Shown here one piece after another: positions 24,328-38,792 of a stretch of 64,000 nucleotides of DNA; within the stretch, counting starts at the first letter, position 1; each line of letters starts with the position of its first letter. Position numbers and translations under genes: made by a program. This DNA comes from Haliotis rufescens (Eukaryota), in NCBI RefSeq assembly GCF_023055435.1, contig NW_025964001.1, forward strand, positions 186,001-250,000, in the 5' to 3' direction. The notes below the pieces were generated by a model. That model was not told the DNA's origin, searched no databases, and worked only from the letters and a program-made list of their open reading frames with translations.

Positions 24328-27300
24328 TATTCTTGGACTCTTCCCAGCTCAGAGTCAGGTGTTGGAACATATTCCTGGATATACTTTAAAGGGGATTTCA
24401 GGCATATTACTCCAAGCAAGTCTGTTACAACCTCAGGCTGGTTTAGTACAAAACATTTTTGATAATGTCAATAATGGGCAAATGAATTTTACATATTTAG
24501 TTGACACAATGCACAATGGAAATAAAAACATAATAAATAGTGCTGATCAGGTAATGATCGATATCAAGCTGTATCACAATCAGAAGAGGTGGCGATAGCA
24601 TTTGTAAAGACAACCATCTTTCATTGTACTACTTGACAGCCATGTGACGGGTGGCAGCTTTGGGCCTGTATACATTCACCTATTCACAAGCACCTGCTAC
24701 CATGATGATGTGATACCAATTCATAAACACATGCTAAAGATATAGTCAGAGACATACAATGGACTCTGCTTTTAGCAGAGGATTCTTATGATTATGGAAA
24801 AAGGTTTTGTTGCTTATATTCTGAAGTCTTCAAAGGTTCTTTAGTAATGTTATCAAACATATTTCAAGATGATTAACAACATGATTGCCATAGCATCAAT
24901 ATTTGTATATCCAAAATGACAAAATCAGAATTGACTCATGAATGTTGCAAGGACCATACAGATCACAGACATTTAATGCATATTACCCTTTAAGACAAAA
25001 CTACCTTCCCTCAATACCATTCTTGCTCAGCTGCTTCTACAAGACAATAGTACATGACCATGAGTTATTGCACAGCCTGATTTATGATGCCAGTCTCTGT
25101 ATAGGTAATAAGGACCATCATAAAACCCGAAAAATAGTCCACAGTAATATAATATTTTTGCTCCTTTTTGTGCAGATGAACAATGACATTCTCCAAAGCA
25201 CAAAATGGCTCTAGCAATTATTGGCCAGTGTACAGGTAGGTTACTTCCTGGTCACGCATGGATCAATAATCGACAGCTGAAGTGGAACACAGCCATTATC
25301 AGATGAAAGAATCAATGAATCCTTGGAGCCTTATATCACCTCATGTACACATCCTTTATTCCACACATGGCGGAGCTGAACCAGTATAAACACCGTGGAT
25401 ATTAACAGAAAGAGGGAAACGCCTATTTTTAGCAGGTAGTTGTTAAAAATGAACATTGGTTCTATTTGTTGTTGCAGCTGTGTTCAGAGAAAATGACGGT
25501 GTTATCAATATATCATGCTTCATGGTCTGCTGGGTAATTGACAATTTCATCCTGATAGATACAAACCCTGTACTTGAGGCCATTAGAACTAAACTACCTG
25601 TGGGGCCAACTGTGTCACATCCCTGTCATGCTCTGCCTATCTTTAACAATGCAATATTGCCACTCTCTCAGGAAACTCCAACTTGCCAGGCAATTAAGTT
25701 TTATTATCAATATCAATTTTGTAGTCACTATGGCCATAAGTCATACAGTTTCAATATCATTAATTTCTTGCCTAAGACAGAAGTATGTACTCCATTCTAA
25801 ACTGATTATTTCAACAATTCAATGATTTCCCCAAGGTTTTGCTTGATGTTTTCATGGCAGATGTTACAATCTGCCATCAATCATGTTTATCTTAAATCTC
25901 AGTAGAAAAATAATAATTAATCCCAATGACCGATTCAGACCTACCATTGTGAGCATGTTAATAAAAGGTCCACACAGATGTTCAGGTTAATTTGTTTGTG
26001 TTTGTTATTGGTATGTTTGATTAATAATCTGCCCGAACTGGTTGAACTGGTGTCATGGTGCGAGCCCACTGCACTGCCCAGAGAAGCAACAGATGTGGTC
26101 TAGATGTAAACCTTCAGGGACAGGGGTCAAGCAGCAATCAGGCTATTTATTGATAGGCATCTAATGAGTGTTTCATAAATGGACTTTAAATCATTTACAC
26201 ATTTAGAGAGAAGGTGTTCTAATCTGGCCATCTGAAGCAGTAACTCTCCCCTCCAAGGATAATGATATGAAGCAGGCCTCGCCCACATATTATCACCATA
26301 TCTGCTTTATGGGACCTGTGATTGTGAAGATTATGGCAATCTGGAAACCGTTACAGCCAACATACACAGGCCAGGTTGTTTACCATAAACACACTGCATA
26401 CAGGATGTGGGATCAGAGTTGACAATGAAAAAGTCCTTCTCACTTTTACTAGCCTGCTATCCCAGTTTACTGCCCTTGGGATAAGATGAGTGAGTGAGTG
26501 GGAAAGTTTAATGCCGAGCCATATTTCAGATATATCACAACGTGAAGCTAATGGTGCACAGCCCTTTCTGGCATGATAAGGTGCAGCAGTTCACATGGTC
26601 TGCACATGGAAAGATAACCATTTACTTCTTTCTAGTTCAACGCAGCTAATTAAAACTGAAATATTAAAAAGGCGACAAACACTTTACACATGCTTGTACA
26701 GTCAACACCGAATATAACTGATATTTCAATAGCTCCCTTATGAGAAACATACTACTCTCCTAAAAACAACTAAATATTAGAACTGTTTTGGTTTGTTGTA
26801 TCTGACAGTCATAATAACAGGACTTCATTGACTGTTATTTTGAATGAATGAAAAATATGTAGAATAACAACACATATTGTCGTATGATAACAAATATATT
26901 GATTTTTGTTGGGGTGCCTTACAGGATCTACCCCCTCTCCCCATCACATCCGTGTGTGAGGAGGATTAGGGATGAAATGTAGGAGGCAAGTAACTAACAG
27001 CTAACTGCTTCCCTGCTTCCATTTCAGGCTGCTTATTGAGATCTAACGTCCCTCATAAACTGATAGTGGCCTACCTGTACAAAGTTGGGGGATCCCACGG
27101 TCATTACTACATACTCTCCCACGGTCATTACTACATACTCAGGTTATAACCTAATTACACCACACGTAACTGTATCATCTGTTATACCTCATCTGATAAC
27201 CATAAGCAACTGGGGAAACATCGTATTTACATTCTTCTCCAAATTACCAAACTTGCTGAAATATAACAGGTTGAGGTTAATTGATGGGGATTTATACAGT

Positions 27301-28407
27301 TATAGCTGTCTTTCACTGATTTGTAGCAAGAGCAAAAATACCTATCTCAATAATTAAACAATTACTTCTTCAGAATTAGTTGCCTTTTTCAAGTTTAACA
27401 TTGTTTATTAACATCACACACTTTAAAGAATACCTCCACCTGACAGGTGCTAAAATGAAGGAACTGAAACAAACCATTGCCAATCTGTGCAACTCAAAAA
27501 TGTTAAAGACCACCCGATTCTTTTATATCAACATAATCTGTCACGGTCCTTAACTTTTTTTAGGAGTAATAAACCGTAAACATCTGAAAATCAATTACTG
27601 GAAGCAAAATATGTCTAACGAGAGAGGCCCTTGAGTACTTGTGTCATCATATTCAAAGTAAACAAAAGACCCTATGAGTCAAAAATACAGCCCCTATAAC
27701 TTTGATATATGTCTGAGCTTTCCATCTTCAACATCTAAAGATTCCTATCCTGATTTAAAGAAACTGTTTCAAAGGCTGTGCCAGTCATATCTTACATCTT
27801 TGATGCTTCCAGCTCAAAGAACAGGGAACAAAAGCAGGATACAACTGACTTTCCAGATAGCGCTTTGCAACCTCATACATGCTACATACAGGATATATAT
27901 TACTCCAGGGAAGTTAAAGTACACCCAGTTTTTCACATGACTAAAATTAATCTTGTCATGGCATTTACTATAGTCTTATGAAAAAACATACATGATACAT
28001 GCTATATACAATTTAGACAATGTTAAACATAATTTCATCAGTGATTAGTGCTTGACAAAAGAAATGGTGTCCATAAAATAGAAATAAAGGAACACATCAC
28101 CTTGCTTCGTAACAAGAAGTAAGACGCAAAGGTAATATACATTAAACCTATGTTCCAAAGTGAGAATCACCATTTGGCTCCAAAAGCAAACAACACATCT
28201 TACACCAGGCTTCAGTGATGAAATCAGAAAATATAACCTTAAAAAATGGGATCAATTTTCTACTAAAACTTGTCAAATTGACTGAACAATCCACTATTAT
28301 AAATGGCACGAGTTAGACACAGCTACAAAAACAAACAGTCCATGGGTATAATTCTGCCTACTTCCACAATGACACATGTGTTGGAGTGACTTATGCAACC
28401 AGTCAAC

Positions 28408-28588
28408 TAGACCTGCACAAGTCTCTAAGGCAATAATTATTAGTTTAAATCATAATTTCTAGATTATGTAAATGATAAGAATAAGTTGTCCCTTAGTACT
28501 CTCCACATATCTAGACTTGCCTATAAGGGAGATAGAATTACTACACAAACATGGACTTTTCTTTCACTACAGCCTTGGAGCAAGGCTA
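28408..28588 (-). mobile_element. AcademH-like MITE family 2
   Basis: TAG...CTA termini with hairpins; 9-bp TSD CCAG(T/G)CAAC (28399-28407, 28589-28597); inverted homolog at 37109-37295. Confidence 0.78.
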
Positions 28589-29418
28589 CCAGGCAACAGA
28601 CTAAATTCCATGCAGGACACAGGGAGCACCTGCTCTGAAGTGTATAATGCTCACTGCTGGTGCCTCCGCCTTACATATTTATGACACCTTCCTGTAATGA
28701 CCTCATTAATAATTCATTTTCAACAAAACATGCTGAATATATTGTTCATTATATATGAAGTTTGTGTTTTGGTTTATCCTCCATATAACAATCCAATCCA
28801 ATCTCAATAGACATGTTGTTTGTCTTCCATTACCCTGGAGCAAGCGAGGAACAAGACGGTTTCAATATCTGTAGCAAGCAGTGATTCGGGGACATGGATA
28901 CAAGTCTCTGTATAGATTCCTACTTGGGGAATATAGGTAACACTGAGTACTGAAACCTCATCCTGGTCTTGGATCAACATCCCCATTCCCCCTTCAGGTA
29001 TATAGGTAATTCACAACTCGGGGCCCTTTCCCCAAGTGGGATCAACATCGGTGATTGAACCACTGTTTCTATCCTGGGTTGTGGTGATAGTTTCCGCGTG
29101 TTGCGGAGAACAAAGAAAGTGTAATGTTAACGGGTCTCCTTGTAGAGGCAAGTCTTCAGTTGGATGTGCATGTGAGTTTGATTTGATTTGCAAAAACTGA
29201 AACATTTCGGAACATCAAAGAGCTTAAATGGAGACTGTGTAGGCTGAACACATTAACATTGTTAGACGATTCTGGCAGCCAGGGCGATGTCCTTGCGGAC
29301 TGGCAAATTACAGCCCAAATACATAGAGATTATTAGCCGAGTGTGTTCTTATGTTGTAGATAAAATTGTATTATGAGAACCTTTAGAGAGCAAAATACAT
29401 ATTTTTTATACCTAAGAG

Positions 29419-29728
29419 AGGTGAGGTGAAGGTGAGGTGAAGGTGAGGTTAAGGTGAGACTAAGGTGAGGGGAAGGTGAGGGGAAGGTGAGGGGAAGGTG
29501 AGGTGAAACGGGTCTTAACATCGCGTCCAAGATCATAGCACTTCTATATTATTCTTGAACTAGTCCGGACTAATGCTGATTTTATAAAAAGTGGTAGCTC
29601 ACTGAGATACAATGCCGCAGTTTTACATGAATACCCCACTCAGACACAGTATAGTGAGTCCTTATTTTAGCCCTTTAATGCCGAGTGCCAGGCAGAGAAA
29701 CAACAAGTGCCATCTTTTAACGTCTTGG
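29419..29728 (-). mobile_element. SINE family A, copy 4, 5'-truncated, with tail expanded into an 11-bp repeat
   Basis: Matches the body of copies 1-3, lacks the tRNA head; (GAAGGTGAGG[T/G])n at 29419-29505. Confidence 0.85.
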
Positions 29729-30300
29729 AATGAGCGTTATGCAAAGATGTTTAGCAGGATGGCATCGCAGCTTTCTAAAGGGTTTTGTTAAAAATAGAAA
29801 CGGATAGATGACCTCATTTGCATTTTTATTGAATCACGATACCAAGTTTATTGGACTGGCTCATCGCATCGATAACACTATCCATTATATGATAAAGCTC
29901 TTCATCTCTACGATTGTTAACAACAGACACAAGATGCATTTTTATCTCACACATTCTCATTTATAAGAAGTGCCATGATGGAGCAACTGTTGGATTAAAA
30001 TACATTTCATAAATTATGTTTTTGTAATGGGCAGGCAATAAGGTAAAGCGCTGAGTCAGAAAGAAACCCAGAGCCCAATACAATCCATGTGTAGTCACCC
30101 CTACAGACCCTGAAACAAACATACCTGTACCATACCTCAAGCAAGTCTGCAATACTTTAGCAACACAATCCTACTTCGGTCTCAGGTAAAGGAAGATGGC
30201 ATGTATTACATATTGCCTGTATTACATATCAATCTGTAATATTGACATTAAAAAAAAAAGAGTTGTGTTTGTGTGTGCTTACAGGTATGTATGTAATCAT

Positions 30301-30377
30301 AATGTTTTGTCATTTAAAAGATTGCATCTGTTCCGTAATGGAATGCTTTCTGCAATAAATATTATCTTATCTTATCT
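30301..30377 (+). mobile_element. 3' end of a truncated LINE-like element (AATAAA plus (TCTTA)n tail)
   Basis: Inverted homolog at 40314-40388. Confidence 0.65.
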
Positions 30378-31601
30378 ATCTCAAGGGTTGCAGAAAAAAA
30401 TTGAAATATGTTCATTTCAGAGACTAAAAATAGGTTAGCCTGAGCCTATGTGCTGTGTGTCATGCCTCTCAAGAATATCCTCAAATATGTAAATGTGACT
30501 TTTCCACACAACCTGGCCATGAAAAACTCATAAATCTTGACCACAAATCATCTCACCTGTACCCATTCTCTGAAGCTCACAAATGTCTTTCAAGAAAAAC
30601 TACCACCTTTAGAAATGGCCGTATTCTAATGCATTATTCCTGTGAATGTACATACCAAGATACTCTTTTAACATGCAACAAAGGTGACTCCTTAATAACA
30701 CACAGCTCTAATCAGATGTGTCGATGGACAGTGCTGGCCTGAGTCAGGGCTAGAACGGACTTCAAGCCTATGAACAGCTAATGAAGCCTACTTGATGTGT
30801 TAAAGGCCCGAGTCTGGCCAAATCTCAGGTGCTAGTTAGGTGGTGAAAAATAAGCTGTTTTGCTAAAGAGGAATAGAGGAAAACATCAAACGTTTAAACA
30901 TGCTGAAGACAGAATCTTGTAGGTTTGATTGGAAAAAGAGAACCAGTGCCCATTTGTACTTGTAGACTGTTATTTGGCTGTGATGATGGGCTAGTGCACT
31001 AGAAGTGTTGAAGGATACACCTGGCCTCTCAATAGGAAGAGGCACAAAATATATCCACTGAGAGAGCATAAAGGGTGAAAATATTTTCATTTCCTATGCA
31101 GTTTAAATGTGGCTTCTGGTGTGATATATTACAGAAATTTATTTTGCTGTATCCCATTACGCTGATGTGAACTCAGTGCAAGGGACGCGTCTTGATAGAA
31201 CACTTTTCCTAAACAACCCAAAAAATACATCCTGCATACCTTAACTATAGCTTATCTCCAGTTTGAAGGGTTGAGAGATGTTTCACTAAGTCTTGGCAAA
31301 AAAATGGAAATAAATTCTATGCCATCCTGTTCTAGAAACATGATTACTACTGCAGTTAAAAAATATGAAGAGATAAGAATGTTGGCAAAATTTCTTTAAG
31401 AAAGTGCATTCCTTCATTTTCATTTTTATCGGAATAATGCCATGAAATGATCGGAGATCAAAAACAACACGCTACTCAATTAACAATAAGGATCGCAGGT
31501 TATTCATAATTTCAATTTCTTTCTTTTCTTTTCCAGCTACATAATTTTAAACAATCTGATAATCTTTCATAGAGAATATTTAGAACTATTACCAGTATTT
31601 C

Positions 31602-31866
31602 GTTTGTTTGTTTGTTGTTTAACGTCTCACTCAGCAACATTCCAGCTATATGACGGAAGTCTGTATATAATCGAGTCTGGACCAGACAATCCAGTGATTG
31701 ACATCATGAGCATCAATCCACCCAATTAAGATACGATGACATGCATCAACCAAGTCAGCAAGTCTGACCACCCGATCCCGTTGGTCACCTTTTGCGACAA
31801 GGATAGTCGCCTTTTACGGCAAGCATGGGTTGCTGAAGACCTATTCTACCCGGGATCTCCACGGGT
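31602..31866 (-). mobile_element. Retroposon family B, copy 2, flanked by a 51-bp direct duplication
   Basis: Reverse complement of family B; flanks 31551-31601 and 31893-31943 differ at one base. Confidence 0.9.
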
Positions 31867-33414
31867 AACCTGTCTCAAGGAGAGTGGCAAGTACAATCTG
31901 ATAATCTTTCATAGAGAATATTTAGGACTATTACCAGTATTTCAAAGGTCTGGCAAAATTCTCGTCTTATATGCATTTTCTTGTTCAATAATCTGCAAAA
32001 GGCAAATGACTAAAACTAAGATGGTTTTTTTTGTTGATTTGAGGTCAATGTCCTCACAAAGTTTCCATGAAAACAATATTTCAAACATACCAACAGAAGA
32101 ACTATAAAAATCAACCCCTAACAATCATGTATCTTAAAACGGTTTTAATAAAACCTAATATTTCTACCAACCATCATCATATACATTCACAGCAACATCA
32201 TTAGCCTGGTCATCCATTACCTCTTTTCAAAACATTGTCCTTCTCTTGGTTACATGCATTGGAGACACATAATGGATGACATTGTTAGCACAGAGACAAT
32301 GAATACGTGTATGAACTGTTAGGCTTAGCTAGCGATCCAGCCCAATCCAACGTCATGCCTACAGAATACAACAGCTTACAATAACAATGCAACCTCCGGA
32401 ATAACTGGCTTCACCTTTACACCTTCTACACAGATACTTTCCCTCGGCTAATAAACACCTTAATAACGTAATTCAGTTGTCATAAAGACCTGTAACAAGG
32501 CTGAAGTTACTGCCACCATTCAGCGATATCGTCAAAAGACTTATTATGATACAAATTACCTATTAATTACAGAGAGTGGCCATGTTGGCGACTGGCTGCA
32601 AGACTGACAGGGTAATTACACTGTAGCTATTTGTGTGAACTTAACAATGGTGTCAGACGACTGGGTCTATTACTGTCAGTTGGGACACAAGGTGTTATCA
32701 CCTGGCGCAAGATGCTGTGGATGTGGACTCAACTCGGGGCACACAGCAGGTGCTCCAGCAGCCTCTACTCAGCCACCGAAAACACTCCAGGTTTACAAAA
32801 TAATGAACAAGTTTCAAATTATCACCTCTGCTTCAAATAACAACTCTAGAGAAAAAAATGATCACTACAACGATGCATACTAATGACACCCATAATATGT
32901 AATTCTTCTACTTTATCTGCACCATTGTCAGAGTCGGGTGTATCTGACATCCAGTACAACCTTGTATTCATGTCGAGCCCAAAAGTGCCATTTACTTGGT
33001 TATGAATGTTAATGGGATTTTGATCAAATTACCCAGAAATCTAATCAGTTTTATTCTACAATGTATCCCAATTTCAAACACCATTATATCGGTGACCAAT
33101 GTTCATTAGATCAATGAAATTCAATACCCATACCATTAATTCATGTAATAAATTTGAACACTTTTCCTACCAAGCATGTAATGATTGTATATTGTTACAT
33201 AAAATCCTGTTATGACATCCAGTGCAAGTAACTACCTTTTCCATCTGCCACAGTATAAATTTTTAGGTAATAATAACACACCACTCAATAAAAATAGGAC
33301 GACTCTTACATATGTGATAAGTGTTGTTTCCAGGCATTGTATCCCACGTAAATGCCAGCGTTATTTGTCTGCTCATGTACAGAGGCGCAGCCACATGTGC
33401 AGCTCATCAGCATC

Positions 33415-33651
33415 TGCTAGTTACTGCACCGACCGTACATCCAGTGCAAAGAGCCATGGTGAAGCAGAACACCCTAAGGTGAATTATCGACGAACTTATA
33501 CGATGTGTTTCCCAATACTGCATCGTTGCACATGTGCTAGTTACTGCACCAACTGTACATCTAGTGCAAAGAGGCATGGTGAAGCAGAACACCCTGAGGT
33601 GAATTATCAACAAACTTATACAATGCGTATCCCAATACCGCATCATTGCAC
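33415..33651. repeat. Two-copy tandem duplication, 120 bp period
   Basis: TGCTAGTTACTGCACC...GGTGAAGCAGAACACCCT...TTGCACA at 33415 and 33535. Confidence 0.9.
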
Positions 33652-33799
33652 AAAATAGATATGGAAGAATGTGAATGTAGTGGTACACATATGCTAAAGT
33701 AATGACTTATTGCTACACTGTTTGTTTGATGGTTAACCCCTTAAACATTGTACCCACACAGCCTTGATCGTTGCTCATATTATCAATCACTTGTTAATC

Positions 33800-34105
33800 C
33801 AATCAATCATTAACACTGCACCATCATGATTGAGCCTGGACCAGATTAACCAGTCATAGATAACATGAGCAACGATCCATGCTGTTGGGGTACAATGACA
33901 CACAACCAAGTCACCAAGCCTGACCACTCAATCCATTATGTAGCCTCTTACGACGAGGATGGGTTGCTGGGTACCTTTTCTAACCTAGAATATCCCCGTT
34001 GAGACACCAGAAATGGGCTTCACGCATTGTACCCATGTGGGGAAATGAACCCGGGCCATCAGTGTGAGAAGCAAACGTTTTAACCACTAGGCTACCCCAC
34101 TGCCC
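33800..34105 (-). mobile_element. Decayed family B copy (~33800-33999) abutting a family D head (34001-34105)
   Basis: GCCTCTTACGAC...GGGTTGCTG (B); CACCAGAAATGGGCTTCA...AACCACTAGGCTACCCC (D). Confidence 0.75.
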
Positions 34106-35217
34106 TTATTACAAAATAGTATTTATGGCGTTGTTAACTCAGTAAAATTGGTAATTTCAAACCTATTTCTGTCCTTGTATTCTTTCACGTAGGCAGAATA
34201 ACTATAAAAGAGGGTTCTGAACAAGACAAATATTCCCAAAGTGTCGTCTTCATAACTAACAATGTTATAATGAGTTGCTTTCAACTGAGCAGTTCCCACA
34301 CTCCAGGCCTAGTGTAAGGTAGGTCTCTGGTAAGCCCATCAGGCAATGTATATGGGTTTATCTTATCCCGTGTGTTCAGGTCATCTCCACCACCATAAGG
34401 GGGAGTGGCTGCGGAGGTGGATTCCTAGTGCTGCTACATCACTAATTATACCCAAGCAAAGCACAACACAATGCTACTGAAGCCTGTGCCAAGTTCAGTG
34501 TCAGATCATATCAGCTTCATGCTGTCGGAATCATCACTCTGCCACCGGTTAATGCAGCTGTTAGTGTCATTATCAAAGACAAAAAATATGACTTGCCTAA
34601 TTATTAAAAAAATAATAATGAAAGATAGCTAAGATGATCTTGAAAGAGAAATGTCAGCACTTAAAATGATGTGAATGGAATGTGATGGGTGCCATGGCTT
34701 GTCTACAAAGTGATCATTTCAAATTGTATCTGAAGGACTACATACAACGGCACTATGTTCCTACTGTCATCAGAGAGGGCATCTGTTGCACCTAATCGTG
34801 ACATCATACAAGCACCTGTTTCAGGAATCAGGCCTACAGGGCCTCCATTAGTGACATCTAGGGCTCCATCGGACAACTTATAGATGCCCTGATGAGCTGT
34901 CTGCTAAAAGGGGCACTGTGAAATCCCATTGAAACCCTGGAGGACTCTCTCTGTTATGGGTCATCCTTGTCACCCCGTAGGGCTGTCCCAATACTGAAGC
35001 TATCACAAACCCATGAATCCAACAGAGACTTGACCGGCAACCTGTTACAATAGTGACTACCTTCTATAGCACCAACCGATGGCTACATACAATAGAGACA
35101 ACCCCCTCAGAATACCCACTCAGTGTTATTGATACACACACAGACCATATAGCTCCATATCAGTACCACAGGGCTGCAGTTACTACAGAATCTACGTTAG
35201 AATAAATGTCTTACAAA

Positions 35218-35376
35218 GTGAGTATTGATTTACGCCACATTTAGCAATATTCCAGCAATATCAAGGCGCGGGGACACCAGAAATGGGCTTCACACATTGT
35301 ACCCATGTCGGGAATCAAACCCGGGTCTTCGGCATGACGAGCGAATGCTTTAACCACTAGGCCACCAGACCGCCCC
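35218..35376 (-). mobile_element. SINE family D copy
   Basis: Reverse complement of 8651-8801, with A/B boxes and tail. Confidence 0.88.
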
Positions 35377-37108
35377 TCATCAAGTGGAAATGTTGAAGGG
35401 ATTGAATAGTGAGCCGAGTGGAATCCCCGAAGGGCTATCTCCAACTCATCTTCTCTACCTGTCAAACCTGCTGGGACAGATACACCTAATATTCCAACAC
35501 CAAAGAAGACATAAAAAATTGTTGCTTGTTTCATGAATTACTGAAATCTTTCATCATATCACAATATAACTCATTGACACATGTAATGTCTGTATATTAA
35601 ATATATTCCAAAGGTCAACAGAGATATAATATTCATGGAAAGATTCAATATTGTTTACGAGCTTCTAAATCAGATCTGTATCAAAACCAAACAGAAACTT
35701 CAGTCTTACTTCCAAGACCTACAGTTATCTGAAGCTAGCAATAGATATGATATGCCTGCAGACAGATAAATAGCTGACTCCATGAGAAACAGTAGTGTGC
35801 TGAGTTTCCCACACAAAAAAACAAGTAATTAATGCCCATGATGTCATCCCCTGTGAAACATCTTAAACGTTCCCTTGCTTTTAAACGTCGTTATCTGACA
35901 AGAAGTATCACCATTTCAGAGCAAATGATTCCATTAAGTTGAACATCGCAGAGATGAGCTTGTTTTTACAGCATTACTGTCTTTGCAAGAAGCACCTTAG
36001 CTCATCGGAATATCCTCCTGCCATGGGAAGAGGGTGAACTCAGCGCTGCATGGCATGGGAAAATGAACATTTTCTGTTTTTCCACCAAATGTGTGCTACT
36101 CATCTCCTTGAAGGTGCCACATCCTCATATAACTATGGCACCACCAGCACCAGCAGATCATGAAGCAATCTGTGCTGCCTGGATCACAGACAGCAAACAG
36201 TCCATTCACAATAACTCAGGTTACAAATCTAAATAATTTGAGATGTTCCCTGCCAATACAATTACATGTATTACTTTTTTCAAGCACAAAATCTAGGTTA
36301 TCACCTGTCATGAGTGAGTGAGTGAGTGAGTGAGTGATTTGAGTTTGTTGCTTCTTTAACCAGTATTTCAGACACATCAGGGCATGTTCATGGGGACGGA
36401 AAGCCATAAATGATCACTTACAGGTCCTGACAAACTAAGAATCGTAATAAAGAGCTACTCTGATATTCAAACCAGATATCAATTGGTCAAGGGACTTTCA
36501 AGGATCACAAACCCATACAAGAAATTGAAACTTCTGAAACCACTGGATTTGCAATGTTGAAATAAGTAAGAACATAGGCAGGTCATTAGAAAAAAATAAC
36601 AAAATGTGTTTTCTTTTCTTATCAACATTCCTCCAAAAGACAAAACTTTATGAATTATTAATCATAATGTCCCTAGAACATATTCACTTAAGTATTAGTA
36701 AATATTTCAGTAGATGTGCAGTGAAACAAAAATTTGATCCTGGAGATTTGGGGTAATTGGGTTTAGAGATAGGACACTTTACATCAATAATGAAAATTTA
36801 ATGTTACCACTGCTTTCATGGAATGCATACCTGGTTCTATTTGCTGAAAACTGTTATGGTCAATATTCAAGGTTCACAAACATTTTTCATCAGAAAATCT
36901 CAGAAATGTTTACCAACATTATAAATGCTGATTTTATATCTCACATATATTTTTCTATGTATATCAATAGCTCTCTCTACATCATATGTCTTTCAATTGT
37001 CTGTCTACAAATCTATTACAGGTAATATATTTATCTACATTGTATAAGTATTCCCCTGAAAACAATTCTGTACCAAATTCTTTTCAAGTTTTATCTGTTC
37101 TATTGAAT

Positions 37109-37295
37109 TAGCCTTGCTCCAAGGCTGTCATAAAGAAAAGTCCATGGAATTCTATCCTCCTAATAGGCAATTCTAGGTATGTGGACAGTACAAGACTCAA
37201 GACTCTTATAGGGACAACTTGTTTTTATTATTTACATAATCTAGAACTTGTGACTTAGACTAATAATTATTGCCTAAGAGACTTATGCAAGTCTA
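37109..37295 (+). mobile_element. AcademH-like MITE family 2
   Basis: Left end TAGCCTTG-CTC-CAAGGCT hairpin; right end AGACTTATGCAAGTCTA; 9-bp TSD CTATTGAAT/CCATTCAAT (7/9). Confidence 0.75.
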
Positions 37296-38490
37296 CCATT
37301 CAATGGACCTCTCTGAAGTATAGGCCTCTGTATCAATGAACAATGAGTGGGCAGCGTGCCCTGGGGGTAACAGTATCTTGTGGGGGCGGCAGTATCAACA
37401 ACCAGGAACACTTGTGGGACCATGTGGTTCTGATGTACCAAGGACATGGGTATCCAGCAGTGGTCCCTCTGAACGTATAGTCCAATGCATGAACTGGTCT
37501 CATAAAAGCGGCAGGCTTTTGGCACCAAAATTCAAAGATTACCCGGACGTATCATGGGTTTCATCAAGGGGCAAGAAAGGTGAATTAACATTCCCCTCGC
37601 ACCCCTGCACATAATACAATGAGGGAAATATGTAGATGTGATAGAGAAATGGGGATGTGGAAGTACAGCACATGGAACCCATGTGGTCATCACAGCAGAT
37701 AAACAAAATACCAGGTTTCGATGCATGTTGATTTAGGTTTCACACGGCAAGGAACTGTTTTCTGGCTAAAACAGCTTCAACAAGACAATACGGTTACATA
37801 CATATTGTTTCAGGAGGGGGACATGAACCTCAAGATGGACACCGGTATGGATTTGTGGCGAAACTGAATTACCAGATTTGTAGAATTGTTGAGGAGTGCG
37901 CTTCTTTCCTCCCCAATCCCCCCTCCCCTATGACAAGTGGCTTGCCTCACCTCAACGAGGGAATACACCAGGACCATAAACTGAAGGCACAAGGAGCATT
38001 GCGTTAGAGAAGTTCACCTCTGAGAGCGTGGGAAACCCGCTCGCAAACCCAACTACTGGGTAAAAACGGCTCACCGACAGCTGTTTTGTATTTGTAGACA
38101 TAAGCAACTTTATGCCTATTAGTAAGAGACAAGACCTTGGGTGCTATTTGTTTACTGTGCAGGGATGTTGGCGATGAGGCGGGAAGTTGGAGATGATGCT
38201 GGCGATGATCCTGATAAATCTACTTTGGCAAACTTTTTTTTGATTAAGTTTTACTGGTACACAATTAGGTAGCACTTGTTCTTGGCCCTACATGATTACT
38301 AGGTAAACGTTACATATTAGTAGAAACATGTCTCTTATGGAATCTCCGTACCATATACTCATGGAAGAAAGTAAGTACATGGTTTGAAAGAAAGCAAGTG
38401 TTTGTATTCACCTGTCAGATAAATAACTTTTTGGTGATATAGTGAACACACTAGATATAGAGACAATTCTCTCAGTGACTTCTTATAGAC

Positions 38491-38770
38491 AGAAGAAGAA
38501 GAAGAATATTTATTGTACATAAACATCCACAGGGGGCAGGGTACAAAAAAACAATTAACATGACTAATTAAACATTGACATACACAATAGAATACAAATA
38601 TTGCTATGATTATATTGCTAGGGAGGAGAGGCACATTTTCTTTGCATGGACATGGAGAATTTATTGTATACAACCATATATGATACTCGACAATGTTTAT
38701 GGCTTATATACATTTTTAATAATAATGGCTTCATATCTATTTCCAACTCTATTGATCAAGGTACAGTCGG
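38491..38770 (-). mobile_element. Decayed 3' end of a LINE (CR1/L2-type), AATAAA plus (TTC)n tail
   Basis: Poly(A) signal directly before a simple-repeat tail; residual ...CPCKENVPLLP... resembles the Cys-containing C-terminus of such LINEs. Confidence 0.5.
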
Positions 38771-38792
38771 TGTACTATCGCTACATTGATGA

